Below, in pieces: positions 1-11,319 of a stretch of DNA of 64,000 bases. Made by a program: the position numbers and the translations under genes. Below the pieces are notes generated by a model. That model was not told where the DNA came from and searched no databases. It saw nothing but the letters and a program-made list of their open reading frames with translations. The stretch is from an uncultured Eggerthellaceae bacterium (GTDB lineage Bacteria > Actinomycetota > Coriobacteriia > Coriobacteriales > Eggerthellaceae): positions 1,519 through 65,518 of the forward strand of contig CAJTVP010000004.1 of assembly GCA_910580205.1 (NCBI GenBank), given 5' to 3'. Position 1 is the first letter of the stretch. Every line of letters begins with the position of its first letter.

Positions 1-145
1 ACTCTTCCTTCGCCGGGCCATCCACGTGGGATGCTTCAGGGTTCGTGCTCTGCTCGTCTTCCATGGATCGCGCTCTCCCTTTCAGTTCAATGACCGAAGG
101 ATTATATCATTGCGCCTTGCCCCCGCCTCTGCTACGGTGGCCGCT

Positions 146-1024
146 ATGGATTTGACCATCTTCACAACGCCGGAAACCTGGATCAGCCTCTTGACGCTCA
201 CGTTCTTGGAGATCGTCCTGGGCGTGGACAACATCGTCTTCATCTCCATCACCACCAATCGCCTTCCCGAAGAGCAGCGCCATATCGGCCGCAAGTTGGG
301 CCTGGCTGGCGCGTTGGTGATGCGCTGCTTGTTCCTCTGCTTCGCCAGCTGGCTCGTGCATATGACGTTCGTTCTGTTCGAGATCCACCTGGGTCCCTAC
401 CAGCATGGCATCAGCATCCGGGATGTGGTCATGCTCGCTGGCGGCGGCTATCTCGTGTACAAGGGCATCGCGGAGCTGAGGGAGATGCTCGCGCTCACCG
501 AAGTGAAAGCGGAAGCATCCCAAGAGCACAAAGAGCGCCACAGGATCGGGCTGCCCCAGGCCATCGGCACCATCATGGTCATGGACGTGGTCTTCTCCAT
601 CGACTCCGTCATCACGGCCGTGGGCTTGGCGGAGCACTTGATCGTCATGATCGCGGCGGTCATCATCGCGATCATCATCATGATGGTCTTCATCGACCCC
701 ATCTCGGATTTCATCAATCGCCACGCCGAGATGAAGATCTTGGCGCTCGTGTTCATCGCAGCCATCGGCGTGCTCCTCGTGCTGGATTCTCTGGGCATCA
801 CCACGGGGATCGAGCTTTTGGACATGCATCTTGAGAAGCTCATGGTCTATTTCGCCATGGTCTTCGCCGTGATCCTGGAGCTGGTCCAGATGCGCTACAA
901 CTCCAATCTGGAGCGTTACCGGACGAGCCCCTCAGCGGAAGATGCGTCCACCGCCACGGACGCGAGCGCTGGCGAAAGCGCCGTCAAGGAAGGTCCCGAA
1001 ATCCCCGAGAAGCTTCAGGAGTAG
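146..1024 (+). CDS. TerC family integral membrane protein
   Basis: ORF 26..1024. Multi-TM protein with TerC-type motif LEIVLGVDNIVFISI. Start moved to ATG 146 (MDLTIF...) because the 40 upstream codons are not membrane-like. Confidence 0.8.
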   Translation: MDLTIFTTPETWISLLTLTFLEIVLGVDNIVFISITTNRLPEEQRHIGRKLGLAGALVMRCLFLCFASWLVHMTFVLFEIHLGPYQHGISIRDVVMLAGGGYLVYKGIAELREMLALTEVKAEASQEHKERHRIGLPQAIGTIMVMDVVFSIDSVITAVGLAEHLIVMIAAVIIAIIIMMVFIDPISDFINRHAEMKILALVFIAAIGVLLVLDSLGITTGIELLDMHLEKLMVYFAMVFAVILELVQMRYNSNLERYRTSPSAEDASTATDASAGESAVKEGPEIPEKLQE

Positions 1025-1923
1025 GCTTTCACGCACTCCTCGGTCACCACGAAGCGCGCCGCGCGGGGCAGCACGCGGGCGGCGAACGGCGTCTTGTGGC
1101 CAGTGGCCTCTCCATCGAATTGCATGAAGAGGTCCGGCTGCGCGCTGACGCGGATGCTCTTCGCCTGGAACGTGCTGAAGGCGTCAGTGCGCGTGGGGAA
1201 GTCCCCGCCCCGGTCAAGGATGACCGAGAAAAGCGCCGGGATCAGCCCGAACGCGTCTTTCGTGCGCAGCACCACCACGTCCAAAAGGCCGTCGCGCGGC
1301 CGGTTCTCATGGAGCACCGGCAGGTCGAATTGGATCTTCGCGAAGTTCACCATGAGCACGCCCACGCCGTCGCAGATGACCTGCTCTCCATCAAGGTCCA
1401 GCTCGAAGGTGGCCACCTGGGGCAGGGCGTTCGAGACCGCCGAGGTGAAATAGGCCATCTGGCCCAACAGCTTCTTCCCGCTTTCGGCGTCTTTCATGAT
1501 GGAAGCGTCATAGCCAGCGCCCGCGATCATCATGAAACCGCACCGCTCGCCATTGGACAGCGTGACCTCACCGATGTCGAAATCCATCATCCGCCCCTCG
1601 TGGAGCATCTGAGCCAGAGCATGAGGCTCGGTGGGCGTGTAGAGGTTGCTGGCGATCAAGTTCGCGGTTCCCGCAGGGATGGGGACGATGGGGATGCCGG
1701 TGTCGGCAAGCTGATAGGCCGCCGTTGAGAGCGTTCCGTCGCCGCCGGAGATGGCCACCGCGTCGAAGCGGTCGGCATCAGCCAGGAAGATCCGAAGGTC
1801 GGTCGTGCCGTCGGTGGTGCGGATGGTCACCTCATCGCCGTCATCGGCGAACGCCCGGATGAAATCGTAGGCGAAGCCTTCGCCCAAGCCGGATGCCAGG
1901 TTGTCTATGACCAGAAGCTTCAT
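1015..1923 (-). CDS. Diacylglycerol/lipid kinase family protein (YegS/BmrU-like)
   Basis: C-terminal 302 aa of the chimeric 681-aa ORF 1015..3060. Starts MKLLVIDN (ATG rc at 1921-1923) and carries the GGDGT motif (AISGGDGTL). The upstream part of that ORF is antisense to rnd. Confidence 0.8.
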   Translation of the reverse strand: MKLLVIDNLASGLGEGFAYDFIRAFADDGDEVTIRTTDGTTDLRIFLADADRFDAVAISGGDGTLSTAAYQLADTGIPIVPIPAGTANLIASNLYTPTEPHALAQMLHEGRMMDFDIGEVTLSNGERCGFMMIAGAGYDASIMKDAESGKKLLGQMAYFTSAVSNALPQVATFELDLDGEQVICDGVGVLMVNFAKIQFDLPVLHENRPRDGLLDVVVLRTKDAFGLIPALFSVILDRGGDFPTRTDAFSTFQAKSIRVSAQPDLFMQFDGEATGHKTPFAARVLPRAARFVVTEECVKAYS

Positions 1924-1944
1924 CCACCCTCTCCCAACGAACGG

Positions 1945-3186
1945 ATGGCGCTCATTATACGAGATGCCCTTCTGCGGCGGTCGGTGATGACTGGTAATAT
2001 GAGCAATGAAACGCACCCGATACGAAAGACCCGAACGTTCTTGAAGTACATCGACGACGAAACATCTTTCGCGAAGTTCGCAGAGAAAGCCAGCCGCTCG
2101 CAGGTGCTGGCCATCGACACGGAGTTCTTGCGCGAGAAGACCTATTATCCCAAAGCATGCCTCATCCAGCTGGCCACCGATGATGACATAGCCATCATCG
2201 ACCCGCTCGCCGTGACCGACCTGGCGCCTTTGGCGGCCCTGTTGGAGGACGCCACCATCATGAAGGTCTTCCATGCCGCCACCCAAGACATAGAGATCCT
2301 GCTGCGCCTTTCCGGCGCCGTGCCGTCTCCCGTGTTCGACACGCAGATCGCCGCAGCGCTTCTGGGCTACAGCTACCAGGTGGGCTTGGGTCAGCTCGTG
2401 AGCTCCATCTGCGGCGTCACGCTCAAGAAATCCGATTCGTTCACCGATTGGTCGCGCCGCCCTCTCTCGAAAAGCCAGTTGGAATACGCGGCGGGAGACG
2501 TCACGTTCCTGCCGGAGCTCTATCTCTGCATGCGTAGGATGCTCCTTGAGAAGGGGCGCCTTGACTGGCTTGAGCCGGATTTCAAGGAGCTTGAGAACCC
2601 GGATCACTACACCACCGATCCCTACGAGCGGTTCCGTCATCTCAAGCGCGGCAATCAGCTCAATCGCCGTCAGCTCGCTTGCGCGCGGGAAGTGGCGGCG
2701 TGGCGCGAGAAGCGGGCGCAAGCGCTGGACATCCCCCGGAAATGGGTGCTCTCCGACGAGCAGGTGGTGGAGGCGTGCCGCAAGGAGGCCAGCAAGATCG
2801 ACGATCTCTACCTCATCCGCGGGATGCGGGAGAAGCTGCCCACGCGGGAAGCGCGGGAGGTGGCCGGGCTCATAGAGCGCGTGCTCAAGATGCCCGAAGA
2901 CGACCTGCCGGAGCTTGAGCGCAACGGAGGGAGCGAGCCCAACGTGGACAGCGCGCTCGATCTCATGCTGGCGCTCACGCGCGTGGTGGCGCGGGAGAAC
3001 GACATCGCCATGCAGACGCTCGCATCCACCGCCGATCTCACGAATCTGGCGCGCGGGCATCTGGAGGAATCGCGCTTGCTCAAAGGCTGGCGTCGGGCGC
3101 TCATAGGCGAGAAGCTCCTGCTTCTGCTCGAAGGCGGCCTCTCATTCAGGATCGTCGAGGGGGAGCTTGAAGTCAACAAGATGTGA
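1945..3186 (+). CDS. rnd: Ribonuclease D (DEDD 3'-5' exonuclease + HRDC)
   Basis: LAIDTEFLRE exo motif I, YAAGDV motif, HRDC-like C-terminal region. The true start may be ATG 1987 or 1999 instead of 1945. Confidence 0.8.
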   Translation: MALIIRDALLRRSVMTGNMSNETHPIRKTRTFLKYIDDETSFAKFAEKASRSQVLAIDTEFLREKTYYPKACLIQLATDDDIAIIDPLAVTDLAPLAALLEDATIMKVFHAATQDIEILLRLSGAVPSPVFDTQIAAALLGYSYQVGLGQLVSSICGVTLKKSDSFTDWSRRPLSKSQLEYAAGDVTFLPELYLCMRRMLLEKGRLDWLEPDFKELENPDHYTTDPYERFRHLKRGNQLNRRQLACAREVAAWREKRAQALDIPRKWVLSDEQVVEACRKEASKIDDLYLIRGMREKLPTREAREVAGLIERVLKMPEDDLPELERNGGSEPNVDSALDLMLALTRVVARENDIAMQTLASTADLTNLARGHLEESRLLKGWRRALIGEKLLLLLEGGLSFRIVEGELEVNKM

Positions 3187-3252
3187 ACAGGATGAAGTTC
3201 TCTTGGGAACGAACGGATGTATGCTATATTACCCTGAACGAAAGGAGCGGCC

Positions 3253-3915
3253 ATGTACGACGGTTATCTGTTGTTCGTCATCACCACGCTGGTCATCGGA
3301 TTGGCGGCCCAAGCCTACGTGACCGGGAAGCTCAAGAAGTATTCCAACGTCCGCGCTTCCAATGGCTTGACGGGCGCGCAGGTCGCAAGCCAGATGCTCG
3401 CCTATTACGGCATCTCGAACGTTGAGATCCGCCGGGGCGGCAATGGACAGGATTTCTTCGACCCCCGATCGAACTCGGTCACGCTGTCTCCGGAAGCCTA
3501 TGACGCCACGTCGGTCACGGCGCTGGCCACCGCCTGTCATGAGGTGGGGCACGCATGCCAGTACGCCACCGGATACACGCCCATGAAGATCCGAGGCGCC
3601 ATCGTGCCCGTGGCGAACGTCGCATCGAACGCTTGGATATTCCTGCTGCTCATAGGGTTCGTGATGAATCTCGCAGGCTTGGTCACGGCGGCCATCATCA
3701 TGTACGCCGCCGTCGTGCTGTTCCAGATCGTCACGCTGCCCGTCGAGTTCAACGCTTCCCGCCGCGCCATGGCCTATATGGGGAGCATCGGCCTGCCCGA
3801 CCAAGAGCGCAAAGGCGCGTTCGATGTGCTCCGCGCGTGCGCCTTCACGTACGTGGCCGCCGCCCTCGTCTCCATCCTCCAGCTTTTGTGGCTGTTGGGC
3901 CAGAACAGGAACTGA
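3253..3915 (+). CDS. Membrane zinc metallopeptidase (YugP-like, Zn_peptidase_2 family)
   Basis: N-terminal TM segment, HEVGHA zinc motif, C-terminal TM segments. Confidence 0.8.
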   Translation: MYDGYLLFVITTLVIGLAAQAYVTGKLKKYSNVRASNGLTGAQVASQMLAYYGISNVEIRRGGNGQDFFDPRSNSVTLSPEAYDATSVTALATACHEVGHACQYATGYTPMKIRGAIVPVANVASNAWIFLLLIGFVMNLAGLVTAAIIMYAAVVLFQIVTLPVEFNASRRAMAYMGSIGLPDQERKGAFDVLRACAFTYVAAALVSILQLLWLLGQNRN

Positions 3916-3918
3916 TCC

Positions 3919-5265
3919 GTGGCGGAAGAGGGTGCCAAGGCCATCAGCGTCGCTGATGCGCTCGCCATAGCGAAAGGGCAGTTGGAAGGCATCACCGTCC
4001 GCATCATCGGCGAGGTGTCTGAGCTGTCCAACAAACCGGGCTATGCCGCCGTCTATTTCACGCTCAAAGACCAGAAGGAGAAAGCATCCCTTCCGTGCCT
4101 GGTGTGGATGAACCGCTTCAAGGCGGCGGGCGTGGATTTCAAGGTGGGCTCCCTCCTTGACGTCACCGGGCGGTTCAGCCTCTACGCTCCCAAGGGGCGC
4201 ATGAACTTCGATGTGTTCGCCCTCTCTTTGGCCGGTGAAGGGGATATCCGTCTGCGCATAGCCGCGCTGGCGAAGAAGCTGGAAGCCGAAGGGCTCATGC
4301 GGCCTGAAGCGAAGCGCCCGCTCCCCGCCCTTCCCTCGCGCATCGGCGTGGTCACCTCGCCGCGCGGCGCTGCGGTCTACGATGTGCTGCGCACGCTGCG
4401 CCGACGCTATCCTTTGGCTGAGATCTTGGTGGCTGGGGTCCCGGTGGAGGGTGTGGATGCCCCACAGCACCTCATGGCCGGGCTTGAGGCGGTGAGCGCT
4501 GCCGGGGCTGAGGTCATCCTGCTCGTCCGCGGTGGCGGCTCCTTCGAAGACCTCATGCCGTTCAATGACGAAGGCTTCGCGCGCCATATCGCCTCCATGG
4601 CGGTGCCCGTCGTCACCGGCATCGGCCATGAGCCGGACACCTCCATCGCTGACATGGTCGCGGATCTGCGGGCGTCAACGCCCACGGCGGCGGCTGAGGC
4701 GGTGGCGCCCGCTTTGCAGGATCTGGAAGCATCGTTGCAGAGCGCAGGGCGCAGGTTGGGGTTCGCGGAGTCGCGGATATTGTCCGGGTGCCAGCGCCAG
4801 CTGCTCTCGTACCGGACATACCCTTTGTTCACCGACCCTCTGTCTCTGTTCCGCGACGATGCTCAGGAGCTGGATGATCTTTCCACCCGCTTGGAGTCAG
4901 CCGTGCCGCGTTCTTTCGATCAGGCGGAGGAGCGCATCGGCGCTGCGCGCATGCGCCTTCTGAAGAAAGGTCCTCAGCTGGTCCAACCAGGCCTTGCGCG
5001 CGCTTCGCAGCTGCGCGCTCGCTTGGAGGTGCTCGGCAAGGGAGCGGTGGACCCGTTCCGGGAGCAAGCCGCCGTCGCTGCGGCGAAGCTGGAGAGCCTC
5101 TCTCCGCTTTCGGTGCTCTCTCGCGGTTACGCTGCGGCGTTCGATGGAGCAGGGCGGGTCATCTCCTCTGTGGATCAGCTGGAGGCGGGAGATGAGCTGG
5201 AAGTCCGTTTCAAAGATGGCATCGCGGACTGCTCGGTCAAGCAGATCAAGGAACAAGAACTTTGA
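3919..5265 (+). CDS. xseA: Exodeoxyribonuclease VII large subunit
   Basis: GTG start, OB-fold N-terminus, VRGGGSFEDLMPFNDE motif, followed by xseB. Confidence 0.9.
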   Translation: MAEEGAKAISVADALAIAKGQLEGITVRIIGEVSELSNKPGYAAVYFTLKDQKEKASLPCLVWMNRFKAAGVDFKVGSLLDVTGRFSLYAPKGRMNFDVFALSLAGEGDIRLRIAALAKKLEAEGLMRPEAKRPLPALPSRIGVVTSPRGAAVYDVLRTLRRRYPLAEILVAGVPVEGVDAPQHLMAGLEAVSAAGAEVILLVRGGGSFEDLMPFNDEGFARHIASMAVPVVTGIGHEPDTSIADMVADLRASTPTAAAEAVAPALQDLEASLQSAGRRLGFAESRILSGCQRQLLSYRTYPLFTDPLSLFRDDAQELDDLSTRLESAVPRSFDQAEERIGAARMRLLKKGPQLVQPGLARASQLRARLEVLGKGAVDPFREQAAVAAAKLESLSPLSVLSRGYAAAFDGAGRVISSVDQLEAGDELEVRFKDGIADCSVKQIKEQEL

Positions 5266-5276
5266 CGCGGAAAGGA

Positions 5277-5540
5277 ATGAAGATGGCGCACGAGGAGATG
5301 AATGTGGAGGAGTTGACGTTCAAGCAGGCCATGGCGGAGCTTGAAGCCATCGTGGCCTCCCTTGAATCAGGGGATCTGGAATTGGAGCAGAGCTTGGAGC
5401 AGTACGGCAAAGGCGTGGCGCTCTTGGGCGCGCTCCAAGGCAAGCTGGATGCTGCCGAGCAGAAAGTCCAGGTGCTCATGGGCCAGTTGGCGGACGCGCC
5501 TGAGGATGGCGTTCAAGACAGCACGCTCTCAAAAGCGTAG
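5277..5540 (+). CDS. xseB: Exodeoxyribonuclease VII small subunit
   Basis: LTFKQAMAELEAIVASLESGDLELEQSL is the typical XseB helix. ATG 5277 is preceded by GGAAAGGA; the ORF track starts at TTG 5262. Confidence 0.85.
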   Translation: MKMAHEEMNVEELTFKQAMAELEAIVASLESGDLELEQSLEQYGKGVALLGALQGKLDAAEQKVQVLMGQLADAPEDGVQDSTLSKA

Positions 5541-5550
5541 GGAGGACATC

Positions 5551-5904
5551 ATGGCTGATCAAGATTGCATCTTCTGCAAGATCGTTTCCGGGGACATCCC
5601 CGCTGACAAAGTCTATGAGGATGATCGCGTGCTGGCGTTCCGGGACCTGGATCCCATGATGCCGGTGCATGTGCTCATCATCCCGAAGCGCCACTACAGC
5701 AACATCGCGGACGGCGTCTCCGCTGAAGATGCGGCAGCGCTCGTGGACGCCATCGGCACGGTGGCGGGGCTTGAGGGCGTCAAGGAGAGCGGGTTCAGGA
5801 TCGTGGCGAACACGGGAGACGATGCATGCCAGTCGGTCCATCATCTCCACATCCATCTGCTCGGCGGCGGCCAGATGAATGATGGGGATCCTTCGCAAAG
5901 CTGA
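5551..5904 (+). CDS. HIT family protein (histidine triad nucleotide hydrolase)
   Basis: MADQDCIFCKI start and HHLHIHLLGG histidine triad. ATG 5551 follows GGGAGGA. Confidence 0.9.
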   Translation: MADQDCIFCKIVSGDIPADKVYEDDRVLAFRDLDPMMPVHVLIIPKRHYSNIADGVSAEDAAALVDAIGTVAGLEGVKESGFRIVANTGDDACQSVHHLHIHLLGGGQMNDGDPSQS

Positions 5905-6011
5905 CCTCCTTTCGCCGAATTCGCACCCGCGCCGTTGCTTGGAAGCGGCTTCATGACCATGGGCTCGCGTAAAATAGGCGAAAAGCATCAGTTCATAAGG
6001 AGCCTGAGAAC

Positions 6012-7226
6012 GTGAACGTCCTTGTCATCAACGCCGGCTCGTCTTCGCTGAAATACCAGCTCATCCACATCGAGAGCCGTCAGGTCCTCGCTAAAGGCAT
6101 TTGCGAACGCGTGGGGGGAGAGGATTCTTTCCACAAGCATGGGATAGATGACAATGAGCTCGTCATCGACACGCCCATGAAGGACCACAACGACGCCATG
6201 GCCCTCGTGTTGGAAGCGCTCACCTCTGGACCGAACAAGGTGATCGACTCTTTGGACCAGATCGATGCCATAGGGCATAGGGTGGTCCAAGGCGGCCGGT
6301 ATTTCGACCGGTCCGTGTTCATCGACGATGACGTGATCGCCAAGATCGATGAGCTGGCTGAGCTGGCGCCGTTGCACAACAAAGCGGCGCTCATGGGCAT
6401 CCGCGCATGCCAACAGACCATGCCCGGCAAGCCCATGGTGGCGGTGTTCGACACCTCCTATTTCCAGACGCTGCCCCAAAAGGCGTTCATGTATCCCGTG
6501 CCTTACGAGTATTACGAGAAATACGCGCTGCGCAAATACGGCGCTCATGGCACGTCCCATCGCTATGTGGCCGCCCGGGCCGCGCAGTTCTTGGATGAGA
6601 GTTTGGATGATCTCAAGATGATCACGTGCCACCTTGGCAACGGCTGTTCCATGACCGCCATCGACCACGGGATCGCCATAGACACCTCCATGGGGCTCAC
6701 GCCCCTTGATGGCCTCATGATGGGCACGCGCTGCGGCGCCATCGATCCAGCCATCGTGCCGTTCGTGATGGAGCATGAAGGCCTCAGCGCTGATGAGATC
6801 AACGACGTCATGAACAAGCGCTCTGGCTTGCTCGGCATCTCAGGCATCTCCAACGACCTGCGCACAGTGCGCACGGCCTCCGAAGAGGGGAACGAACGGG
6901 CGCAGCTGGCCTATGAGATGTATTCGCATTCGGTCAAGAAGTACCTCGGCCAGTACATCGCTGAGATGGGCGGCGTGGATGTGATCGTCCTCACGGCCGG
7001 CGTGGGGGAGAACTGCGACAAGATGCGCCGCATGATCTTCTCAGGCCTTCAGACCATGGGCATCATCCTGGACTTGGAGAAGAACCGCGAAGGCTCCGGC
7101 GAGCGTGAGATCTCCACGGACGATTCTCTGGTGCAGATCCTCATCATCCCCACCAACGAGGAGCTCATGATCGCGCTGGACACTCTGGACGTGGTGGAGC
7201 AGCTGCGCCTTGAAGGCGCGCTGTAA
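6012..7226 (+). CDS. ackA: Acetate kinase
   Basis: VLVINAGSSSLKYQL N-terminus and full-length similarity pattern to AckA. GTG start. Confidence 0.95.
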   Translation: MNVLVINAGSSSLKYQLIHIESRQVLAKGICERVGGEDSFHKHGIDDNELVIDTPMKDHNDAMALVLEALTSGPNKVIDSLDQIDAIGHRVVQGGRYFDRSVFIDDDVIAKIDELAELAPLHNKAALMGIRACQQTMPGKPMVAVFDTSYFQTLPQKAFMYPVPYEYYEKYALRKYGAHGTSHRYVAARAAQFLDESLDDLKMITCHLGNGCSMTAIDHGIAIDTSMGLTPLDGLMMGTRCGAIDPAIVPFVMEHEGLSADEINDVMNKRSGLLGISGISNDLRTVRTASEEGNERAQLAYEMYSHSVKKYLGQYIAEMGGVDVIVLTAGVGENCDKMRRMIFSGLQTMGIILDLEKNREGSGEREISTDDSLVQILIIPTNEELMIALDTLDVVEQLRLEGAL

Positions 7227-7258
7227 GATCCTTTCAGCTTTTCAACAGCAAGGATGAC

Positions 7259-7284
7259 GAAGGGCCTCCCATGGGAGGCCCTTC
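7259..7284. terminator. Perfect palindromic hairpin between convergent ackA and pta (candidate bidirectional terminator)
   Basis: GAAGGGCCTCC-CATG-GGAGGCCCTTC read directly. No clear U-tract on either side. Confidence 0.5.
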
Positions 7285-7305
7285 GCGATGTTCCGCTCCT
7301 CTGTT

Positions 7306-8298
7306 TCAGGAGATGGTCTGCGCCTGGACGCAGGTGATGGCGGTCACGCCCACGATGTCATCGGCGCAGCATCCGCGGGAAAGGTCGTTCACCGGGCGGG
7401 CCAAGCCCTGCGTGATGGGCCCGTAGGCTTCCGCTTTCGCCAGGCGCTGCACCAGTTTGTAGCCGGAGTTGCCCGCATCAAGATCGGGGAAGATGAGCAC
7501 GTTCGCGCGTCCTGCGACGGGGGAATCCGGGCACTTGAGCGCCGCCACCTCAGGGCAGAGCGCCGCGTCCACCTGGAGCTCTCCGTCTATGGCCAGGCCT
7601 CTTCCCAGCTCCTTGGCCAAAGCGGTGGCCTCCACCACCTTGCCCGCATCATCGTTCTTCGCGCTGCCGTGGGTGGAATGGGAGATCAGCGCCACGCGCG
7701 GCTCCGACCCGATGAGCGCTTCCCAGGAGCGCGCGCTGGACACGGCGATGTTCGCCAGCCCGTTGGCGTCCGGGTTCACGTTCAGCCCGCAATCGGCGAA
7801 GATGAAGGTGCCATCCTGGCCGTAGGGGCAATCCGGCACGATCATCACGAAGAACGAGCTCACCAGGGCTGCGCCCGGAGCCGTCTTCAGGATCTGCAAG
7901 CTGGGGCGCAGCACATCTCCGGTGGAGTGGCAAGCGCCCGCCACCATGCCATCGGCGCGCCCTGTCTTCACCAGCATGCCGCCGAAGTACAAGACGTCTT
8001 CGATGAGCTTTTCCGCATCCTTTTCGGTCATGCCCTTGGCTTTGCGGATCTGGTAGAGCTCATCAGCCAAGACCTCTGAGAGGGGGTCGTTCTTCGGGTC
8101 TATGATCTGCACGCGGGAAAGCTCTGGGGAGCGGGCCAGGATCTTCTCCTCATCCCCCAGGAGGATCACCTCGGCGAAATCAGCTTTCACGATCTTGAGC
8201 GCGGCGACTTGCGTGCGCTCATCTTCTCCTTCCGCAAGGACGATGGTCTTCTTGTCCGCAGCGGCCTGTTCGATCATGGTGTCCAGAAACGAGCTCAC
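7306..8298 (-). CDS. pta: Phosphate acetyltransferase
   Basis: 330-aa ORF with MSSFLDTMIEQAAADKKTIVLAEGEDERT N-terminus and Pta-type C-terminus. Confidence 0.9.
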   Translation of the reverse strand: MSSFLDTMIEQAAADKKTIVLAEGEDERTQVAALKIVKADFAEVILLGDEEKILARSPELSRVQIIDPKNDPLSEVLADELYQIRKAKGMTEKDAEKLIEDVLYFGGMLVKTGRADGMVAGACHSTGDVLRPSLQILKTAPGAALVSSFFVMIVPDCPYGQDGTFIFADCGLNVNPDANGLANIAVSSARSWEALIGSEPRVALISHSTHGSAKNDDAGKVVEATALAKELGRGLAIDGELQVDAALCPEVAALKCPDSPVAGRANVLIFPDLDAGNSGYKLVQRLAKAEAYGPITQGLARPVNDLSRGCCADDIVGVTAITCVQAQTIS

Positions 8299-8394
8299 GG
8301 CATCCTCCTTCGGTTCGTTTCACAGCAGTCTAGCAAATGTTCAGAAAGTCCCAAATAAGGGGTTATCAGATGGACGGATATACCCTATAGTGTG

Positions 8395-9095
<701 letters not shown>

Positions 9096-9098
9096 CCC

Positions 9099-10043
9099 AT
9101 GGCGTTTCCGCACAAGCATCTCATCGACATCACGGAATACTCGCGTGATGACATCATGCTCCTTTTGGAGACGGCCGCGAAGTTCAAAGAGGTGAACGAG
9201 CGGCGCATCAAGCAGGTGCCCACGCTGAAGGGCGCCACCATCGTTAACATGTTCAACGAGCCCTCCACCCGCACGCGCTCCTCGTTCGAGATCGCGGAGA
9301 AGCGCCTCAGCGCCAACAGCTTGAACTTCGGCGGCAGCTCCACCTCCACGGTCAAGGGCGAGAGCCTGTCGGACACGGTGGAGACGCTCTGCGCCTACAA
9401 GATCGACATGATCATCGTCCGTGACAAGCACGCGGGCGTGCCGCGCAAGATCGCGGACCTCTCCGGAGTGCATGTGATTGACGCCGGTGATGGCAAGCAC
9501 CAGCATCCCACCCAAGCCCTTCTGGACCTGTTCTCCATCTGGGAGGAGAAGGGCTCCTTCGAGGGGCTGAACGTGGGCGTCGTGGGCGACATCGCCCATT
9601 CTCGCGTGTGCGGCTCCCTCCTTCCCGCCCTCAAGATCATGGGCGCGAACACGGTGGCCATCGCCCCTCCCACGCTCCTGCCCGCCCGTCCGGACATCCT
9701 GGGGGCGGACGAGGTCACCTCTGACATCGACGGGGTGCTCCCCGACCTCGACGTGGTCTACATGCTCCGCGTCCAGCGCGAGCGCCTGGAAGGCGCGCCG
9801 TTCCCCAGCCTGCGCGAATACAACCAGCTCTTCGGCCTCACGCAGAAGCGCGACGCCCTCATGAAGCCCGATGCCATCGTCTGCCATCCCGGCCCGATCA
9901 ACCGCGGCGTTGAGCTTGACTCCTTCATGGCTGACCATCCTGACCGGTCCGTGATCTTGGACCAGGTCTACGCTGGCATCCTCGTTCGCATGGCCGCTCT
10001 CTATCTTCTTCTAGGAGGTTCCAACGATGGCATTGATGCTTAA
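9099..10043 (+). CDS. pyrB: Aspartate carbamoyltransferase catalytic subunit
   Basis: STRTRSSFE and HPGPINRG motifs. Confidence 0.95.
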   Translation: MAFPHKHLIDITEYSRDDIMLLLETAAKFKEVNERRIKQVPTLKGATIVNMFNEPSTRTRSSFEIAEKRLSANSLNFGGSSTSTVKGESLSDTVETLCAYKIDMIIVRDKHAGVPRKIADLSGVHVIDAGDGKHQHPTQALLDLFSIWEEKGSFEGLNVGVVGDIAHSRVCGSLLPALKIMGANTVAIAPPTLLPARPDILGADEVTSDIDGVLPDLDVVYMLRVQRERLEGAPFPSLREYNQLFGLTQKRDALMKPDAIVCHPGPINRGVELDSFMADHPDRSVILDQVYAGILVRMAALYLLLGGSNDGIDA

Positions 10044-11319
10044 GAACGCGCGCTGCATTGACCCGCAGGTGGGTTTGGATGAGGTGTGCGACATCCTCAT
10101 CCGCGACGGCAAGATCATGGAGGTGGGCCATGGCCTCTCCATGGAGAAGGGCGTCGAGCGCGACCTTTCCGGCAAGGTGCTGACGCCGGGGCTCGTGGAC
10201 ATGCACGTCCATCTGCGTGAGCCGGGCTATGAGCAGAAAGAGGACATCGCCTCCGGCACGCGCGCTGCGGCCCATGGCGGCTTCACGGCGGTCTGCGCCA
10301 TGCCGAACACCGATCCGGTCATCGACAACGCGGTCGGCGTTGAATACGTGAAAGCCCGCGCGAAGGATGTGGGCAAGTGCCGCGTCATCGTGTCCGGCGC
10401 GTGCACGAAGGGCCTCAAAGGTGAGATCCTGGCCGAGATGGGCGACATGCACGCTCATGGGGTCCGCGCGTTCACTGATGATGGCCATGGCGTGCAGGAT
10501 GCGGGCATGATGCGTCGCGTCATGGACTACGCCTCTCAGTTCGACTGCGTGGTCATGCCGCACTGCCAGGATGATTCGCTGGTGGGCGAGGGTCAGGTGA
10601 ACGAAGGGGTGGCCTCCACCCGGCTGGGGATGCTCGGCTGGCCTGCGGAGGGCGAGGAGCTGGAGATCGCCCGCGACATCGCGCTCTGCCGCCTGACCGG
10701 CTGCCCGCTGCACATCCAGCACCTGACCACGGCTCGCGGGCTGGACATGGTGCGCGCTGCGAAAGCGGAAGGCCTGCCCGTCACCTGCGAGGTCACGCCG
10801 CATCACCTCTTCCTCACCGAAGATGACATCACCGACGAATACCCCACCTCCCTCAAGGTGAATCCGCCGTTGCGCACCGCTGATGACGCGGTGGCGCTCG
10901 TGGAGGGCCTGGTGGACGGCACCATCGACGCCATCGTCACCGATCATGCTCCTCACACCGACTGGGAGAAGGACCGCGAGTTCGAACTGGCGCCCTTCGG
11001 CATGATCGGCCTTGAGACGTCTTTGGGCCTCGTGCTCACGAAGCTGGTGGATAACGGCATCATCACTTACGAGCGCATGATCGAGCTCATGGCGGTGAAC
11101 CCGCGTGGGATCCTCCGCGAAGAGCCGGTGCGCCTGGAGGCGGGGAGCGTCGCCGACCTCACGGTGTTCGATCCGGAGCAGACTTGGACCGTGGAGCGTT
11201 CGGGCTTCTATTCCAAGGCGGGCAACTCCGGCTTCCTCGGCGCGGAGCTCAAGGGCAAGGCGACCGACGTGTTCGTCGGCGGCTATGCCACCATGGAAGA
11301 TGGTGCGATCGTTGAGTGA
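10027..11319 (+). CDS. pyrC: Dihydroorotase
   Basis: DMHVHLREPG metal-binding motif. Overlaps the pyrB end by 17 nt. Confidence 0.9.
   Translation: MALMLKNARCIDPQVGLDEVCDILIRDGKIMEVGHGLSMEKGVERDLSGKVLTPGLVDMHVHLREPGYEQKEDIASGTRAAAHGGFTAVCAMPNTDPVIDNAVGVEYVKARAKDVGKCRVIVSGACTKGLKGEILAEMGDMHAHGVRAFTDDGHGVQDAGMMRRVMDYASQFDCVVMPHCQDDSLVGEGQVNEGVASTRLGMLGWPAEGEELEIARDIALCRLTGCPLHIQHLTTARGLDMVRAAKAEGLPVTCEVTPHHLFLTEDDITDEYPTSLKVNPPLRTADDAVALVEGLVDGTIDAIVTDHAPHTDWEKDREFELAPFGMIGLETSLGLVLTKLVDNGIITYERMIELMAVNPRGILREEPVRLEAGSVADLTVFDPEQTWTVERSGFYSKAGNSGFLGAELKGKATDVFVGGYATMEDGAIVE

Noticed and set aside
1015-3060. 681-aa minus-strand ORF
   Set aside because: It is a chimera. Only the last 302 codons (from MKLLVIDN, 1923 downward) look like a real protein (DAG-kinase fold). 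The rest is the Arg/His-rich antisense frame of rnd, typical of high-GC DNA.
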